From Alphaproteobacteria bacterium (GTDB lineage Bacteria > Pseudomonadota > Alphaproteobacteria > CAAHEQ01 > UBA3637): a stretch of 64,000 nt of DNA. The position numbers were made by a program, and so were the translations under genes. Where the stretch lies: contig JAZTVX010000021.1 in the NCBI GenBank assembly GCA_045635565.1, positions 15,078-79,077 of the forward strand, read 5' to 3'. The notes beneath the pieces are model-generated. The model was given only the letters and a program-made list of their open reading frames with translations. It was not told the origin of the DNA and made no database searches. Below, in pieces: positions 30,230 to 40,626 of the stretch (positions are counted from its first letter, which is position 1; every line of letters begins with the position of its first letter).

Positions 30230-31594
30230 ATGCAATTAACGCTTAAATCTGTTTTGTTATTAACATTGACTTCCGTTGCTTTGCTGAGAAGTTATTCCGC
30301 CTTGTCATCAACGGATATTTTTTCTGTTTATCAGGCCAAAGCCCCACAAGGTTGTGTTGATAAAGATATCGGCAAGGGAAAAATCGGTTTGGCAGAGTTG
30401 ATTGAAATCGGATTATGCAACAATCCTTCGCTTAATCGGGGATATATGCAGGTTAAGGTTTCTGAGTCAAGTTTAGGTAAATCAAAATCTGAATATTTGC
30501 CTCAAATTTCAGGAACGGCAGGTATATCAGATACATTTTCGAAAAATGAAAATTTGGGAACATCTAAATCTGATCCGTACAACGGTAATATAGCCTTATC
30601 ATGGCTTTTATATGATTTTGGTGGAAGGAGTGCTCGTATTGAGCGTGAAAGGGCATATCTTAATCAAACACAATTTACGTATAATGCGTTATTGCATGAT
30701 ACCATTTTGGCAATCAACAATGCGTATTTAGATTTATTAAGTAGTCAAGAAGTGTTAAAAAGTGCTAAAACCAGTCGTGGAAGTTATCAAAAATCATTTG
30801 AGGAGTCGTCTCGTCGGTATGAATTAGGATTGGTTTCATTAAGTGACAAGTTGCAGGCAAAAACAAGTTATGAACAATCAAAATTAGAAGTTGTAACAGC
30901 TGAAAATACTGTTAAGCAAAATCAAGGTAATTTGGCTATTTTGCTTAATTTATCACCTGATACGACCTTTAATTTAAAAAGTCCATCCAAAAACGATGAT
31001 ATTACACGTTTGGCAACAGGTACTCAAACCGTTCAGGATTTAATGAACTTGGCTATTGAATTACGACCGGAAATTAAAAGTTCACAAAGTGTTGTAAAAG
31101 CAGCAAAAGAAAACATTGATGTTGCGAAGTCATTGAATATGCCTACTATCTCGGCAACTGGTCGGTTGACATTTAACGATGATTGGAAATATCATAATCC
31201 GTATGAATATGGTTCATCTGCAGGTTTTAATGTATCTGTCCCTTTATTTACGGGATTTTCAAACACATATAATATTTATCAGGCAAAGTACGGATATCAT
31301 CAGTCAAAATACGGTTTAATCGAAACGCAAGATATGGTTAAAAATGAAGTATGGGCTTCATTCCAGAATTACAATACGGCTGTAACGGCTTATGATATCA
31401 GTCAAAAAGTGTTGGAAAGTGCCGAAGAAGCCGAACGTGTGGCTTTTGCCATGTATCAGGTCGGAAAAGGTGATATTTTGACACTTTTAACAGCCAGTTC
31501 TAATTTAGCATCGGCACGGAAAGAAGTTATTGTTGCTTTTTATGCTGTTCTTAAAAGTAAATCAAATCTTTATCGTGCAATTGGGAGATTTTAA
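30230..31594 (+). CDS. TolC-family outer-membrane efflux protein
   Basis: 454 aa with a signal peptide and the two-repeat alpha/beta-barrel pattern of OEP proteins. Confidence 0.8.
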   Translation: MQLTLKSVLLLTLTSVALLRSYSALSSTDIFSVYQAKAPQGCVDKDIGKGKIGLAELIEIGLCNNPSLNRGYMQVKVSESSLGKSKSEYLPQISGTAGISDTFSKNENLGTSKSDPYNGNIALSWLLYDFGGRSARIERERAYLNQTQFTYNALLHDTILAINNAYLDLLSSQEVLKSAKTSRGSYQKSFEESSRRYELGLVSLSDKLQAKTSYEQSKLEVVTAENTVKQNQGNLAILLNLSPDTTFNLKSPSKNDDITRLATGTQTVQDLMNLAIELRPEIKSSQSVVKAAKENIDVAKSLNMPTISATGRLTFNDDWKYHNPYEYGSSAGFNVSVPLFTGFSNTYNIYQAKYGYHQSKYGLIETQDMVKNEVWASFQNYNTAVTAYDISQKVLESAEEAERVAFAMYQVGKGDILTLLTASSNLASARKEVIVAFYAVLKSKSNLYRAIGRF

Positions 31595-31596
31595 TT

Positions 31597-32766
31597 ATGG
31601 ATAATACAACCCAAACATCATTTGTAAAACACGGTTTTACGACAGTATGGCAAAAAAAATGGTTGCGATACGGTGTGTTAATTATTTGTATTGGTGGAAT
31701 GTTGTTGTTTTTTATGAACAAGGGTCATTCTTTAACAGTTAAAAATTTTGACATTGTATCCGTTGAACGGGGTAATATTGTTGAGACGGTTACGGCAACA
31801 GGTAAAATACAGCCGATAAACACAGTTAGTGTCGGCACTCAAATTTCAGGTATTGTTGAAACGGTTTTGGTTGATTATAATGATGAAGTTGAAAAAGGCC
31901 AGTTGCTGGCTCAACTGGATACGGCATTATTAACGGAAAATAAAAATGATGCCAAAGCCCGTTTGGATTTAGCATTGGCAAAGCAAAAAATTGCCCAACT
32001 CAATTATAATCGATATCAAAAACTACATAATGATAAACTGATTGCCAAGGCTACATTTGAAGAAACTGAAATCGCTTTAGCAGGGGCTGATGCTGATGTA
32101 TTAACAGCAACGGCAGATGTTAATAAGGCAGATAGAAACTATGGGTATGCACAAATTACCTCACCTGTATCGGGAACAGTCATTTCAAAAGAAGTAGAAC
32201 AAGGACAAACGGTTGCTGCCAGTTATCAAACACCAACTTTATTTTTAATTGCCGAAGATTTATCAAAAATGCAAATTGAAGCCAATATTGCCGAAGCCGA
32301 TATCGGTTCTATTGTGAAAGGAATGTCGGCTACTTTTACGGTTGATGCTTATCCGAACGATACATTTAATGGGGTGGTAAAACAAATTCGATTGTCACCG
32401 ACAGAAGAATCAAACGTTGTGATGTACACGGTTGTTATTGATGTAGATAATTCTTCCCGTAAACTTCTTCCCGGTATGACAGCATTTGTACATATTGTTG
32501 TTCGTGAAGCACATGATGTACTACGCATTCCGACAAGTGCTTTACAATTCAAACCTTCAACTCTTTTGAAACAGTACGTTGAAAAAAGGAAAGTCAATTT
32601 GAAAGCCACTGAAAGCATGGTTTACCAGTTTAAAAATGGTAAGTTGATACCGGTTGTGTTTGAACGAGGTATATCTGATGTTTCTTTTATTGAGGTTAAG
32701 TCCGGCTTAAAAGAAGGAGAGGGTGTTATTACTGAATTTCTTCAACGAATGGGTCGTCGCTCATGA
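31597..32766 (+). CDS. HlyD/MacA-family periplasmic adaptor (membrane fusion protein)
   Basis: N-terminal TM anchor, a coiled-coil hairpin, and lipoyl and beta-barrel domains. Confidence 0.8.
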   Translation: MDNTTQTSFVKHGFTTVWQKKWLRYGVLIICIGGMLLFFMNKGHSLTVKNFDIVSVERGNIVETVTATGKIQPINTVSVGTQISGIVETVLVDYNDEVEKGQLLAQLDTALLTENKNDAKARLDLALAKQKIAQLNYNRYQKLHNDKLIAKATFEETEIALAGADADVLTATADVNKADRNYGYAQITSPVSGTVISKEVEQGQTVAASYQTPTLFLIAEDLSKMQIEANIAEADIGSIVKGMSATFTVDAYPNDTFNGVVKQIRLSPTEESNVVMYTVVIDVDNSSRKLLPGMTAFVHIVVREAHDVLRIPTSALQFKPSTLLKQYVEKRKVNLKATESMVYQFKNGKLIPVVFERGISDVSFIEVKSGLKEGEGVITEFLQRMGRRS

Positions 32767-33476
32767 ATGATAAAGTAATTGTTGTCCAAGATTTGTGTAA
32801 AACATATTACATGAGCGGAGGATTGTCTCAATCTGTTTTGAAATGTATTTCATTTGAAATTACCACTGGTGAGTTTGTTGCCATTATGGGACATTCCGGT
32901 TCGGGCAAATCAACATTGATGAATATTTTAGGTTGTTTGGACCGACCGACGGATGGTACCTATTTGTTAGATGGTGAAGATGTTTCATCTCGCACAGATG
33001 AAGAATTAGCACGTATCAGAGGACAAAAGATTGGTTTTGTGTTTCAAAACTTTAATTTAATGATGAAACGAACATTAGCCGATAATGTTTCGCTTCCGTT
33101 GATTTATCAGGGATTTAAAGAAAAAGAACGTTATGAGAAAGCCAAAGAAATGCTTTCTGCCGTCGGCTTGGTTGGGTATGAGGATCGTTTGCCATCACAG
33201 ATTTCAGGTGGTATGCAGCAGCGTGTTGCCATTGCTCGGGCTCTTATCAATCATCCGGCTATTATTTTTGCCGATGAACCGACGGGTAATTTGGATACAC
33301 AAACATCAGATGAAATTATGCGTTTGTTTTCAGAACTTAATCAAAAAGGCATTACCATTGTTCTGGTAACTCATGAAGAAGATGTTGCCAACTATGCTCA
33401 TCGTATGATTAAAATAACAGACGGAAAAAAAGAATATGATGGCCTTCGTTCAGATTATTTAAAGGAAGCAAAATGA
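32763..33476 (+). CDS. ABC transporter ATP-binding protein (MacB/LolD-like)
   Basis: Walker [13 protein letters not shown] signature [15 protein letters not shown], Walker [13 protein letters not shown]. Confidence 0.85.
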   Translation: MNDKVIVVQDLCKTYYMSGGLSQSVLKCISFEITTGEFVAIMGHSGSGKSTLMNILGCLDRPTDGTYLLDGEDVSSRTDEELARIRGQKIGFVFQNFNLMMKRTLADNVSLPLIYQGFKEKERYEKAKEMLSAVGLVGYEDRLPSQISGGMQQRVAIARALINHPAIIFADEPTGNLDTQTSDEIMRLFSELNQKGITIVLVTHEEDVANYAHRMIKITDGKKEYDGLRSDYLKEAK

Positions 33477-34690
33477 TTTATCAAATTTTAAAAGAGGCAT
33501 GGATTTCTATTAGTGCGTATAAATTGCGGACTTTTTTAACCATGTTGGGTATTTTAATTGGTGTCGCTGCTGTGGTAATGATGGTATCTGCCGGTCAAGC
33601 TGTTCAAAATGAAATTACCAAAACATTTGATTCCATGGGTACAAATTTAATTATCATCGGGCCGGGAGAAACTGTTAAAGGCGGTATTCGTGGGGGCAGG
33701 GGCAAACCAACTGTTACGTTTGAAGATATTGATTCACTTAAAACGTTAAAAGACGTTCAGACGAGCAGTTATGTTGTTAATTCTGCTGTTCAGGCTGTCT
33801 ATGGTTCCAATAATTATGGTGTAAGTGTATATGGTACAACACCGGATTATATTGATATCGGTAATTGGGAAATTGAGCAAGGGCAAATGTTTTCTGAAAA
33901 AGACCTGCGTTCTGGTAAACCTTATATTGTTATCGGACAAACGGTGGTGGATGAATTATTCGGTCTTCAAAATCCTATTGGAAAAGTTATTCGTTTAAAA
34001 AGCCAACCTTTTACTGTTATCGGTGTATTAAAAGGCAAGGGAGATGGTATGATGGGGGATGATCAAGATAATATTGTTTTGATGCCCGCAACCACGTTAA
34101 GACAACGCATACATGCCGGTATGCGCCATAATTTTGCTAATGTTGGATTTGTTAAAGCGGTTAGTGAAGATAAAATGGAAGTAGTTGCCAATCGTATTGA
34201 ATACCAATTAAGAGCTCGTCATCGTTTGAAAGAAGGTGTTGTCAATGATTTTAGTGTCCGTTTAATGACTGACATTGTTGAAAAAGTACGCCGTGTCGGA
34301 TTTATTTTGTCTGCGTTATTAGCGGCGATTGCTTCCATTTCTTTAATTGTTGGCAGTATCGGAATTATGAACATGATGCTTGTATCCGTTACGGAAAGAA
34401 CACGGGAAATTGGTACTCGAAAAGCATTAGGGGCTCCGAATAAATGGATAATGGTGCAATTTTTGACGGAATCAATTCTGATTTCATTTATGGGGAGCTT
34501 TATTGGTATGATATTAGGTGTAATGCTATCTCAAATCGGTGGGGCAATATTGCAAAAAGAAGTTCCGATTTCTATCTGGTCAGTGGTCATATCTGTGTTA
34601 GTTGCTATTATTGTCGGTGTTGTATCAGGTTTAATGCCTGCTATAAAAGCCATGAAACTTGATCCGATTGAAGCATTAAGATATCAATAA
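33473..34690 (+). CDS. ABC transporter permease, FtsX/MacB-like. The large periplasmic domain lies between TM1 and TM2.
   Basis: 405 aa with four TM helices and a MacB-type periplasmic core. It overlaps the ATPase gene by 4 nt. Confidence 0.8.
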   Translation: MIYQILKEAWISISAYKLRTFLTMLGILIGVAAVVMMVSAGQAVQNEITKTFDSMGTNLIIIGPGETVKGGIRGGRGKPTVTFEDIDSLKTLKDVQTSSYVVNSAVQAVYGSNNYGVSVYGTTPDYIDIGNWEIEQGQMFSEKDLRSGKPYIVIGQTVVDELFGLQNPIGKVIRLKSQPFTVIGVLKGKGDGMMGDDQDNIVLMPATTLRQRIHAGMRHNFANVGFVKAVSEDKMEVVANRIEYQLRARHRLKEGVVNDFSVRLMTDIVEKVRRVGFILSALLAAIASISLIVGSIGIMNMMLVSVTERTREIGTRKALGAPNKWIMVQFLTESILISFMGSFIGMILGVMLSQIGGAILQKEVPISIWSVVISVLVAIIVGVVSGLMPAIKAMKLDPIEALRYQ

Positions 34691-34732
34691 TGCTTTTATT
34701 TAACGAAAGACTATTTATGCAAGAAAACAAAA

Positions 34733-34762
34733 AAAACGGAAGAAAAAATCTTCCGTTTTTTT
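34733..34762. terminator. Bidirectional rho-independent terminator between the efflux operon and the PFOR gene
   Basis: aacggaagaaaaaatcttccgtt hairpin with A-runs and T-runs on both sides. Confidence 0.65.
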
Positions 34763-34772
34763 ACTTGAGCAT

Positions 34773-37700
34773 CTAATCTTCATTTTTGGCTAAACGTTCA
34801 TACAATTTGAAACGTTTATCAATTTGTTCTTGGGCTTTTAAAACCAATTTGTCGTAATGGTCTGCATTGCTTTGGCGTACAGCTTTAAAACGAGTTTCTG
34901 TTGCCATAAATTCAGATATCGGACGGGTTGGTTTACTGTCCAATTGGAACGGATTCAATCCTTGTGCTGAACGACGAGGATCAAATCTGTACAACGGCCA
35001 CAACCCCGTTTCAACAGCCATTTTTTGGTGTTCTAATCCCATTTTGCCAATATCATAACCATGTGAAATACAGTGACTGTATGCAATAATCAACGATGGC
35101 CCGTTAAAACTTTCTGCTTCGTTGATGGCTTGCAAAGCATGCATGTCTTTTGCACCTAATGAAATACTGGCGACATAAACACCCCCGGATGACATAGCTA
35201 TCATACCCAAATCTTTGCGAGGTTGCTCATTACCGGCAATGGCAAATTTTGCTGAAGCTCCAATAGGTGTTGCTTTGGAACGTTGACCACCGGTATTGGA
35301 ATAAACTTCGGTATCCATAACCATAATATTCACATTTTTACCAGAGTAAAGAACATGATCTAATCCACCATAGCCAATATCATATGCCCAACCATCACCA
35401 CCTAAAATCCAGACGGATTTTTTAACCAAATAGTCAGCATTATCAAATAATAACTTGGCTTTGGGTGTATTCATTTGTGATAATGTTTTCTTCAAAATGG
35501 TAATCCGATTGCGTTGTTCAACAATGCCTTGTTCTGTTGATTGGTCGGCACTCATGATAGATGATACCAAATTTTCGTCCAAATCAAGTTGCATGCTTGT
35601 CAACAGTTGACGGGCAAATTCTGTTTTTGAATCAACGGATGTACGCATACCCAATCCAAATTCGGCATTGTCTTCGAATAATGAATTAGCCCATGCCGGT
35701 CCCCGACCATCAGCATTTTTGGCGTAAGGTGTTGTTGGCAAGTTACCACTGTAAATGGATGAACAACCTGTTGCATTGGCAACAATCAATCGGTCACCGA
35801 ACAATTGTGTTATCATTTTAACATACGGTGTTTCACCACAACCGGCACAGGCACCCGAAAATTCAAATAACGGACGCATTAAAGCCACTGATTTAATTTG
35901 TTTTGGTGAAAGTTTTGTTCTGTCGGAATCAGGCAAAGACATAAAGAAATCAAAATTTTGAATATCTTTGTTTAAGTGTGTTTCAATCGGAACCATGGTA
36001 ATGGCTTTTTGCTCTGGATTGTTTCTGTTTTTTGCCGGACAAACTTGTGAACACAATGTACAACCCGTACAATCTTCCGGAGCAACTTGAATAACATATT
36101 TATCACCGGCAAATTCTTTTCCTTTATAATCAGTACATTTAAACCCATCTGGTGCATGTTCCAAATGTTGCGTTGCAAAAGTTTTGGCTCGAATGGCGGC
36201 ATGTGGACAAACAGATACACATTTACCGCATTGAATACATAAATCAGGATTCCATTCCGGAATATCTTGAGCGATACGTCGTTTTTCATATTTTGCCGTA
36301 TCTGTTGGCCATACCCCATCAGCTGTCCATTCAAATGAACTGACAGGTAATTGTTCTCCTCGACCTTCAATAATTTTTCCTGTTACTTGTTTAATCAATT
36401 CCGGAGCATCTTCCGAAACGCCAGTTTGACGTTTGTAAACTGAATTAACGGCACCGATTTTGATTTCATGAAGGTGAGCCAATGATTCATCAACGGCTTT
36501 AATGTTGGCATCAACAATATCCTGACCTTTACGTGCATATGTTTTTTGAATAGCTTTTTTAATTTTTTCAATGGCTAATTCTCTGGGTAAAACACCGGAT
36601 ATTGCAAAAAAGCATGTTTGCATAATGGTGTTAATGCGTCTGCCCATACCGGTTTTTTCGGCAACATCCATAGCATCAATAGCATATAATCGAATGTTTT
36701 TATCAACGATTTCCTGTTGAACTTCTATTGGTAAAGAATCCCATACCTTATCGGTTTTTTCATTTGAATTGATAAGAAAAACAGCATTTTGACTGGCATA
36801 GGATAACACATCTGTTTTAAACAGGAACGGTGTATGGTGACAGGCAACAAAATCAGCTTGATTGATTAAATACGGAGCCTTAATAGGATTTTTGGAAAAT
36901 CTTAAATGAGAAATTGTCATCCCACCTGATTTTTTGGAATCATATACGAAATAGGCTTGCCCGTAGTAATCATCACCGTCCGCAATAATTTTAATCGAGT
37001 TTTTATTGGCACCAACCGTACCGTCCGAACCTAATCCGATAAAGACAGAACGGTTTACATCTTTTCCTTCAATATTGAAAGTATTATCGTATGATAAAGA
37101 TAAATGCGTGACATCATCATTGATACCAACAGTAAAATGAGCCTTTTCTTTATTTTCAAAGATAGCCTTTACCATGGCCGGTGTAAATTCTTTTGAAGAT
37201 AAACCATATCGACCACCTAAAATTTTTGGCATATGCGATACAGCACCATTTGAAACACCTTCTGCCAAAGTTGACACAATATCGAGATATAACGGTTCCC
37301 CAACTGAACCGGATTCTTTCGTTCTGTCCAAAACGGATACATATTGAACCGTTTTCGGTAATGCTTCAATAAAGGCTTGTTTGGGGAAGGGACGATATAA
37401 ATGAATACCGATAACCCCATATTTTGTTCCATTCTCATTCAGTGATTTGACGGTTTGTTCAATTGTTTCAACACTGGAACCAATGGCAACTATAACATGT
37501 TCGGCATCTTGTGCCCCATAATATTGCACCAAATGATAAGCCCGTCCTGTTACTTCTTCAAAACGACGCATAGCTTTTTCAACCAATGTAGGACAAGCAT
37601 TATAGTATTTGTTTGATGCTTCCTTAATCTGGAAGAAAACATCCGGATTTTGTGCTGTTCCCCGAATTGTCGGATTTTCGGGTGTTAAAGCATTTTTGCC

Positions 37701-38315
37701 CGTAAAATCGGTCGGAATGTCTGCCATCAATTCTTTTAATTCTTCATCGGAAATTAAATCAATTTTATTGATTTCATGAGATGTTCTGAATCCGTCAAAA
37801 AAGTGAATAAACGGAATGCGTGAAAGGAATGTGGACATTTGTGCAATAGCCGCAAAGTCTTGTGCCTCTTGAACGGAATTGGAAGCCAACATCGCAAAAC
37901 CCGTTTGACGACAAGCCATAACATCTGAATGGTCACCAAAAATAGATAAGGCGTGACCGGCAATCGTTCGAGCGGCAACATGCATAACAAATGGTGTTAA
38001 TTCACCGGCAATTTTATACATATTCGGAATCATTAACAATAAACCTTGTGACGCCGTATATGTCGTTGTGATTGAACCGGCTTGCAAAGAACCATGCACA
38101 GCTCCGATAGCACCGGCTTCGGATTGCATTTCCAAAATTTGAGGGACTTTGCCCCAAATATTTTCAACACCGGCAGCTGACCAGGTATCTGACCATTCAC
38201 CCATCGGAGAAGATGGTGTAATCGGGTAAATAATTGAAACTTCATTTAATTTATGTGCAACAAATGCTGCAGCTTCATTTGCATCAAGCATTTTTGTTTT
38301 GTGTTTTATAGACAT
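34773..38315 (-). CDS. nifJ: Pyruvate:ferredoxin (flavodoxin) oxidoreductase
   Basis: 1180-aa single-chain PFOR. Ferredoxin-like CIQCGKCVSVCPHAAI and CTGCTLCSQVCP, the TPP-binding GDGW motif, and the N-terminal pyruvate-ferredoxin oxidoreductase domain. Confidence 0.95.
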   Translation of the reverse strand: MSIKHKTKMLDANEAAAFVAHKLNEVSIIYPITPSSPMGEWSDTWSAAGVENIWGKVPQILEMQSEAGAIGAVHGSLQAGSITTTYTASQGLLLMIPNMYKIAGELTPFVMHVAARTIAGHALSIFGDHSDVMACRQTGFAMLASNSVQEAQDFAAIAQMSTFLSRIPFIHFFDGFRTSHEINKIDLISDEELKELMADIPTDFTGKNALTPENPTIRGTAQNPDVFFQIKEASNKYYNACPTLVEKAMRRFEEVTGRAYHLVQYYGAQDAEHVIVAIGSSVETIEQTVKSLNENGTKYGVIGIHLYRPFPKQAFIEALPKTVQYVSVLDRTKESGSVGEPLYLDIVSTLAEGVSNGAVSHMPKILGGRYGLSSKEFTPAMVKAIFENKEKAHFTVGINDDVTHLSLSYDNTFNIEGKDVNRSVFIGLGSDGTVGANKNSIKIIADGDDYYGQAYFVYDSKKSGGMTISHLRFSKNPIKAPYLINQADFVACHHTPFLFKTDVLSYASQNAVFLINSNEKTDKVWDSLPIEVQQEIVDKNIRLYAIDAMDVAEKTGMGRRINTIMQTCFFAISGVLPRELAIEKIKKAIQKTYARKGQDIVDANIKAVDESLAHLHEIKIGAVNSVYKRQTGVSEDAPELIKQVTGKIIEGRGEQLPVSSFEWTADGVWPTDTAKYEKRRIAQDIPEWNPDLCIQCGKCVSVCPHAAIRAKTFATQHLEHAPDGFKCTDYKGKEFAGDKYVIQVAPEDCTGCTLCSQVCPAKNRNNPEQKAITMVPIETHLNKDIQNFDFFMSLPDSDRTKLSPKQIKSVALMRPLFEFSGACAGCGETPYVKMITQLFGDRLIVANATGCSSIYSGNLPTTPYAKNADGRGPAWANSLFEDNAEFGLGMRTSVDSKTEFARQLLTSMQLDLDENLVSSIMSADQSTEQGIVEQRNRITILKKTLSQMNTPKAKLLFDNADYLVKKSVWILGGDGWAYDIGYGGLDHVLYSGKNVNIMVMDTEVYSNTGGQRSKATPIGASAKFAIAGNEQPRKDLGMIAMSSGGVYVASISLGAKDMHALQAINEAESFNGPSLIIAYSHCISHGYDIGKMGLEHQKMAVETGLWPLYRFDPRRSAQGLNPFQLDSKPTRPISEFMATETRFKAVRQSNADHYDKLVLKAQEQIDKRFKLYERLAKNED

Positions 38316-38468
38316 GTTTGTTCCTTTCGAATATTCTGTGTTTTTTTATACAGGAAACAAAATCAAATGTCCAATAAAAAAATATGTTCATGATAATAAT
38401 TAAGACCATAATTTTCAAAAGTGAAGGTGGTAACAAATAATAAAAATACAATTTGTGATAAATTATAC

Positions 38469-38497
38469 TTGAAAAAAAATTTTTTAGGGTATATATT
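38469..38497 (+). promoter_or_regulatory. Candidate promoter for tRNA-Val
   Basis: TTGAAA-17nt-TATATT ending 11 nt before the tRNA 5' end. Confidence 0.35.
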
Positions 38498-38508
38498 GCT
38501 TTCTCGTT

Positions 38509-38585
38509 GGGTGTATAGCTCAGTTGGTTAGAGCGTTACGTTCACATCGTAAAGGTCGTCGGTTCGAATCCAACTACACCCACCA
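38509..38585 (+). tRNA. tRNA-Val (anticodon CAC)
   Basis: Acceptor GGGTGTA/TACACCC, anticodon stem TTACG/CGTAA with loop TTCACAT, T-loop TTCGAAT, encoded CCA. Confidence 0.85.
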
Positions 38586-38591
38586 TTTTTA

Positions 38592-39290
38592 TTAACTGTT
38601 TATATGGTTATTTTGTCTTACTAAATCCATCAGATTTAAATGATACGATTCAACGAGTTGTGGAGAAAAAGGAACACTTTCCTCCGTTATTATTTCAAAA
38701 TTTTCCTGTAATAAATTTAATCGTTTGTATTTCGATGTTGATGCATACGGATTTAAGCAGCAAAGAAATTGATTATCATCAGGAATTTGTACAAGGTATT
38801 GTTCATCAAATAGGATAAAAGAAGGTATCCTTTCATCTTGTCCCCAATCTAATATACGGATATTTTCGGCATAAGGCAGAGCAGAGATAAGAGGGTGTGT
38901 TTCATTGAAATGTTCATCTGTTTTGAAGGGCATAGCTTGCGTTAGTTTTTCATTGGCTAATACGTCCCGTGTAACAATCAAAGATAATCCTTTTATCTTT
39001 TCTGGGAAATATTCGGAAAAGCAAGATAAATAAGGGTACATTTTGTCAAAATCATCTTTATTTAAAAATAGTTGCACGTGTTCGCTTTGCTCTGTTAATA
39101 ACTGACACATCAGTAAAATACGATTATCATTATATGAAATGGGAAATATTTCCTTGTAATTTTGTTCAATTGCCTGTTCATATGTTTTAATAATTTTTTC
39201 ACTTTTTTGAGTTGACATTTTCGCATTCACCTTTTTAAAGTTTTCAAAAGTACCAGATACCAAGTTATCAGATTTTTTCGTAAATTTCAA
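38592..39290 (-). CDS. Hypothetical protein (island)
   Basis: 232-aa ORF. No recognised motif. Confidence 0.35.
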   Translation of the reverse strand: MKFTKKSDNLVSGTFENFKKVNAKMSTQKSEKIIKTYEQAIEQNYKEIFPISYNDNRILLMCQLLTEQSEHVQLFLNKDDFDKMYPYLSCFSEYFPEKIKGLSLIVTRDVLANEKLTQAMPFKTDEHFNETHPLISALPYAENIRILDWGQDERIPSFILFDEQYLVQIPDDNQFLCCLNPYASTSKYKRLNLLQENFEIITEESVPFSPQLVESYHLNLMDLVRQNNHINS

Positions 39291-39452
39291 TCCTGTTTCA
39301 TCTTTATTATTTAAACAGGTTATTTATATGATTCAAAATGATTTTTTTAATGAAAACATTGACAATTGGTCAATGTTATAATACTATATCAAAAATTCAA
39401 CAAAGATGAGTGTTGATACACAAAATGGATAATTGAATACAGGGAATACACT

Positions 39453-40316
39453 ATGAATTTTAATATGAAAGAAAATTTAATGTTAGAACAAACAACCAAA
39501 CAATCAGAGTCTAAAAAAATAAATTTAGAATTAAAAGCAACTTTACGTCGATTATCTTTGAAACACCGACAAACCTTAATGAATACAATTGTAGAACAAC
39601 AAGAAGATGGGGTTTTTTGTATAGAACAATTATTGACTAATTTATTAACATCTGCAATTTTGATATCACCAATTAAACCGGCTGTTGTAAGAGCTAACAT
39701 GATGAAAGAGCCAGCACAACAATTATGTTGTCTTGCTGACTATGATGTGAATGTTAATTTAAATTTACTACCGATTAAAGATGCTGATTATCCGTTGTAT
39801 TTGGAATGTTGGAATGGTAAAACGCAGGAAGTTGTTGATTTAATTCATCGATATGCAACAATTTTATATTCTTTAAAGAAAGATGACCTTATTTCATTTG
39901 CCCAAGAAGTGTGTTTGCCGGATACCGAAGAAGAAAAGGTCCAAAAAGAAACTCGATACAAAGAACTTGAACAGAAAGCATTGTCTTTGCATCGTTCAGA
40001 ATACGACAATAATCCAAGTTATAAAGCAATGTTTGATATGTTTTATGAGGACGAAAAAACAGAAAAAGAAGTATGTTGTGTCGGGTTTAGAGGTGTTACA
40101 AACATTACACCTTATGATTTTGAACCTCCTAAAAAAACGGGAGCGAAAATTATTGGGGCTTTATTGGCTGTTAGTGCTGTTGCGACAGGTGTTTATTGTT
40201 TGACACAAAACACAGATGATAATGCATCTGAACAAGTGGTACCCCAGATGCAAAAAATTATGGAACAAAAACCTGTGGTTCAACCAACCAATAGTCGTGG
40301 TGCTAAAACAATGTGA
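39453..40316 (+). CDS. Hypothetical protein with a near-C-terminal TM helix and a tail related to the shared SRGAR tail family
   Basis: It ends ...AKIIGALLAVSAVATGVYCL...VPQMQKIMEQKPVVQPTNSRGAKTM. Compare VPQIQKITDQKKMLPQDTSRGAREN in the 52328 gene. Confidence 0.45.
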   Translation: MNFNMKENLMLEQTTKQSESKKINLELKATLRRLSLKHRQTLMNTIVEQQEDGVFCIEQLLTNLLTSAILISPIKPAVVRANMMKEPAQQLCCLADYDVNVNLNLLPIKDADYPLYLECWNGKTQEVVDLIHRYATILYSLKKDDLISFAQEVCLPDTEEEKVQKETRYKELEQKALSLHRSEYDNNPSYKAMFDMFYEDEKTEKEVCCVGFRGVTNITPYDFEPPKKTGAKIIGALLAVSAVATGVYCLTQNTDDNASEQVVPQMQKIMEQKPVVQPTNSRGAKTM

Positions 40317-40626
40317 TGAATGAAAATGTTTAATAAGATTACCGTTCAATGTACAATCTCAATCTAATGGGGAACTCGAATGGAATAATTTATCAATTTT
40401 ATAAATAGCCTTGCTAAAACGCAAGGCTTTGTCAATAGAACAAATATTATTTTCGTCTTGACAATGATTTGTGACTGTGTTAGCATCCCTCTGTTATGAT
40501 GCAAATATCTCAAAACATCAACAAAAAACATAAAAATCTTTCGTGGAGAGATCCGACATAAGATGCCTTTTTTAATATAAATATAATATTTTATTCAAAC
40601 ATTTATATTAGGAAAGGATTTTTAAA

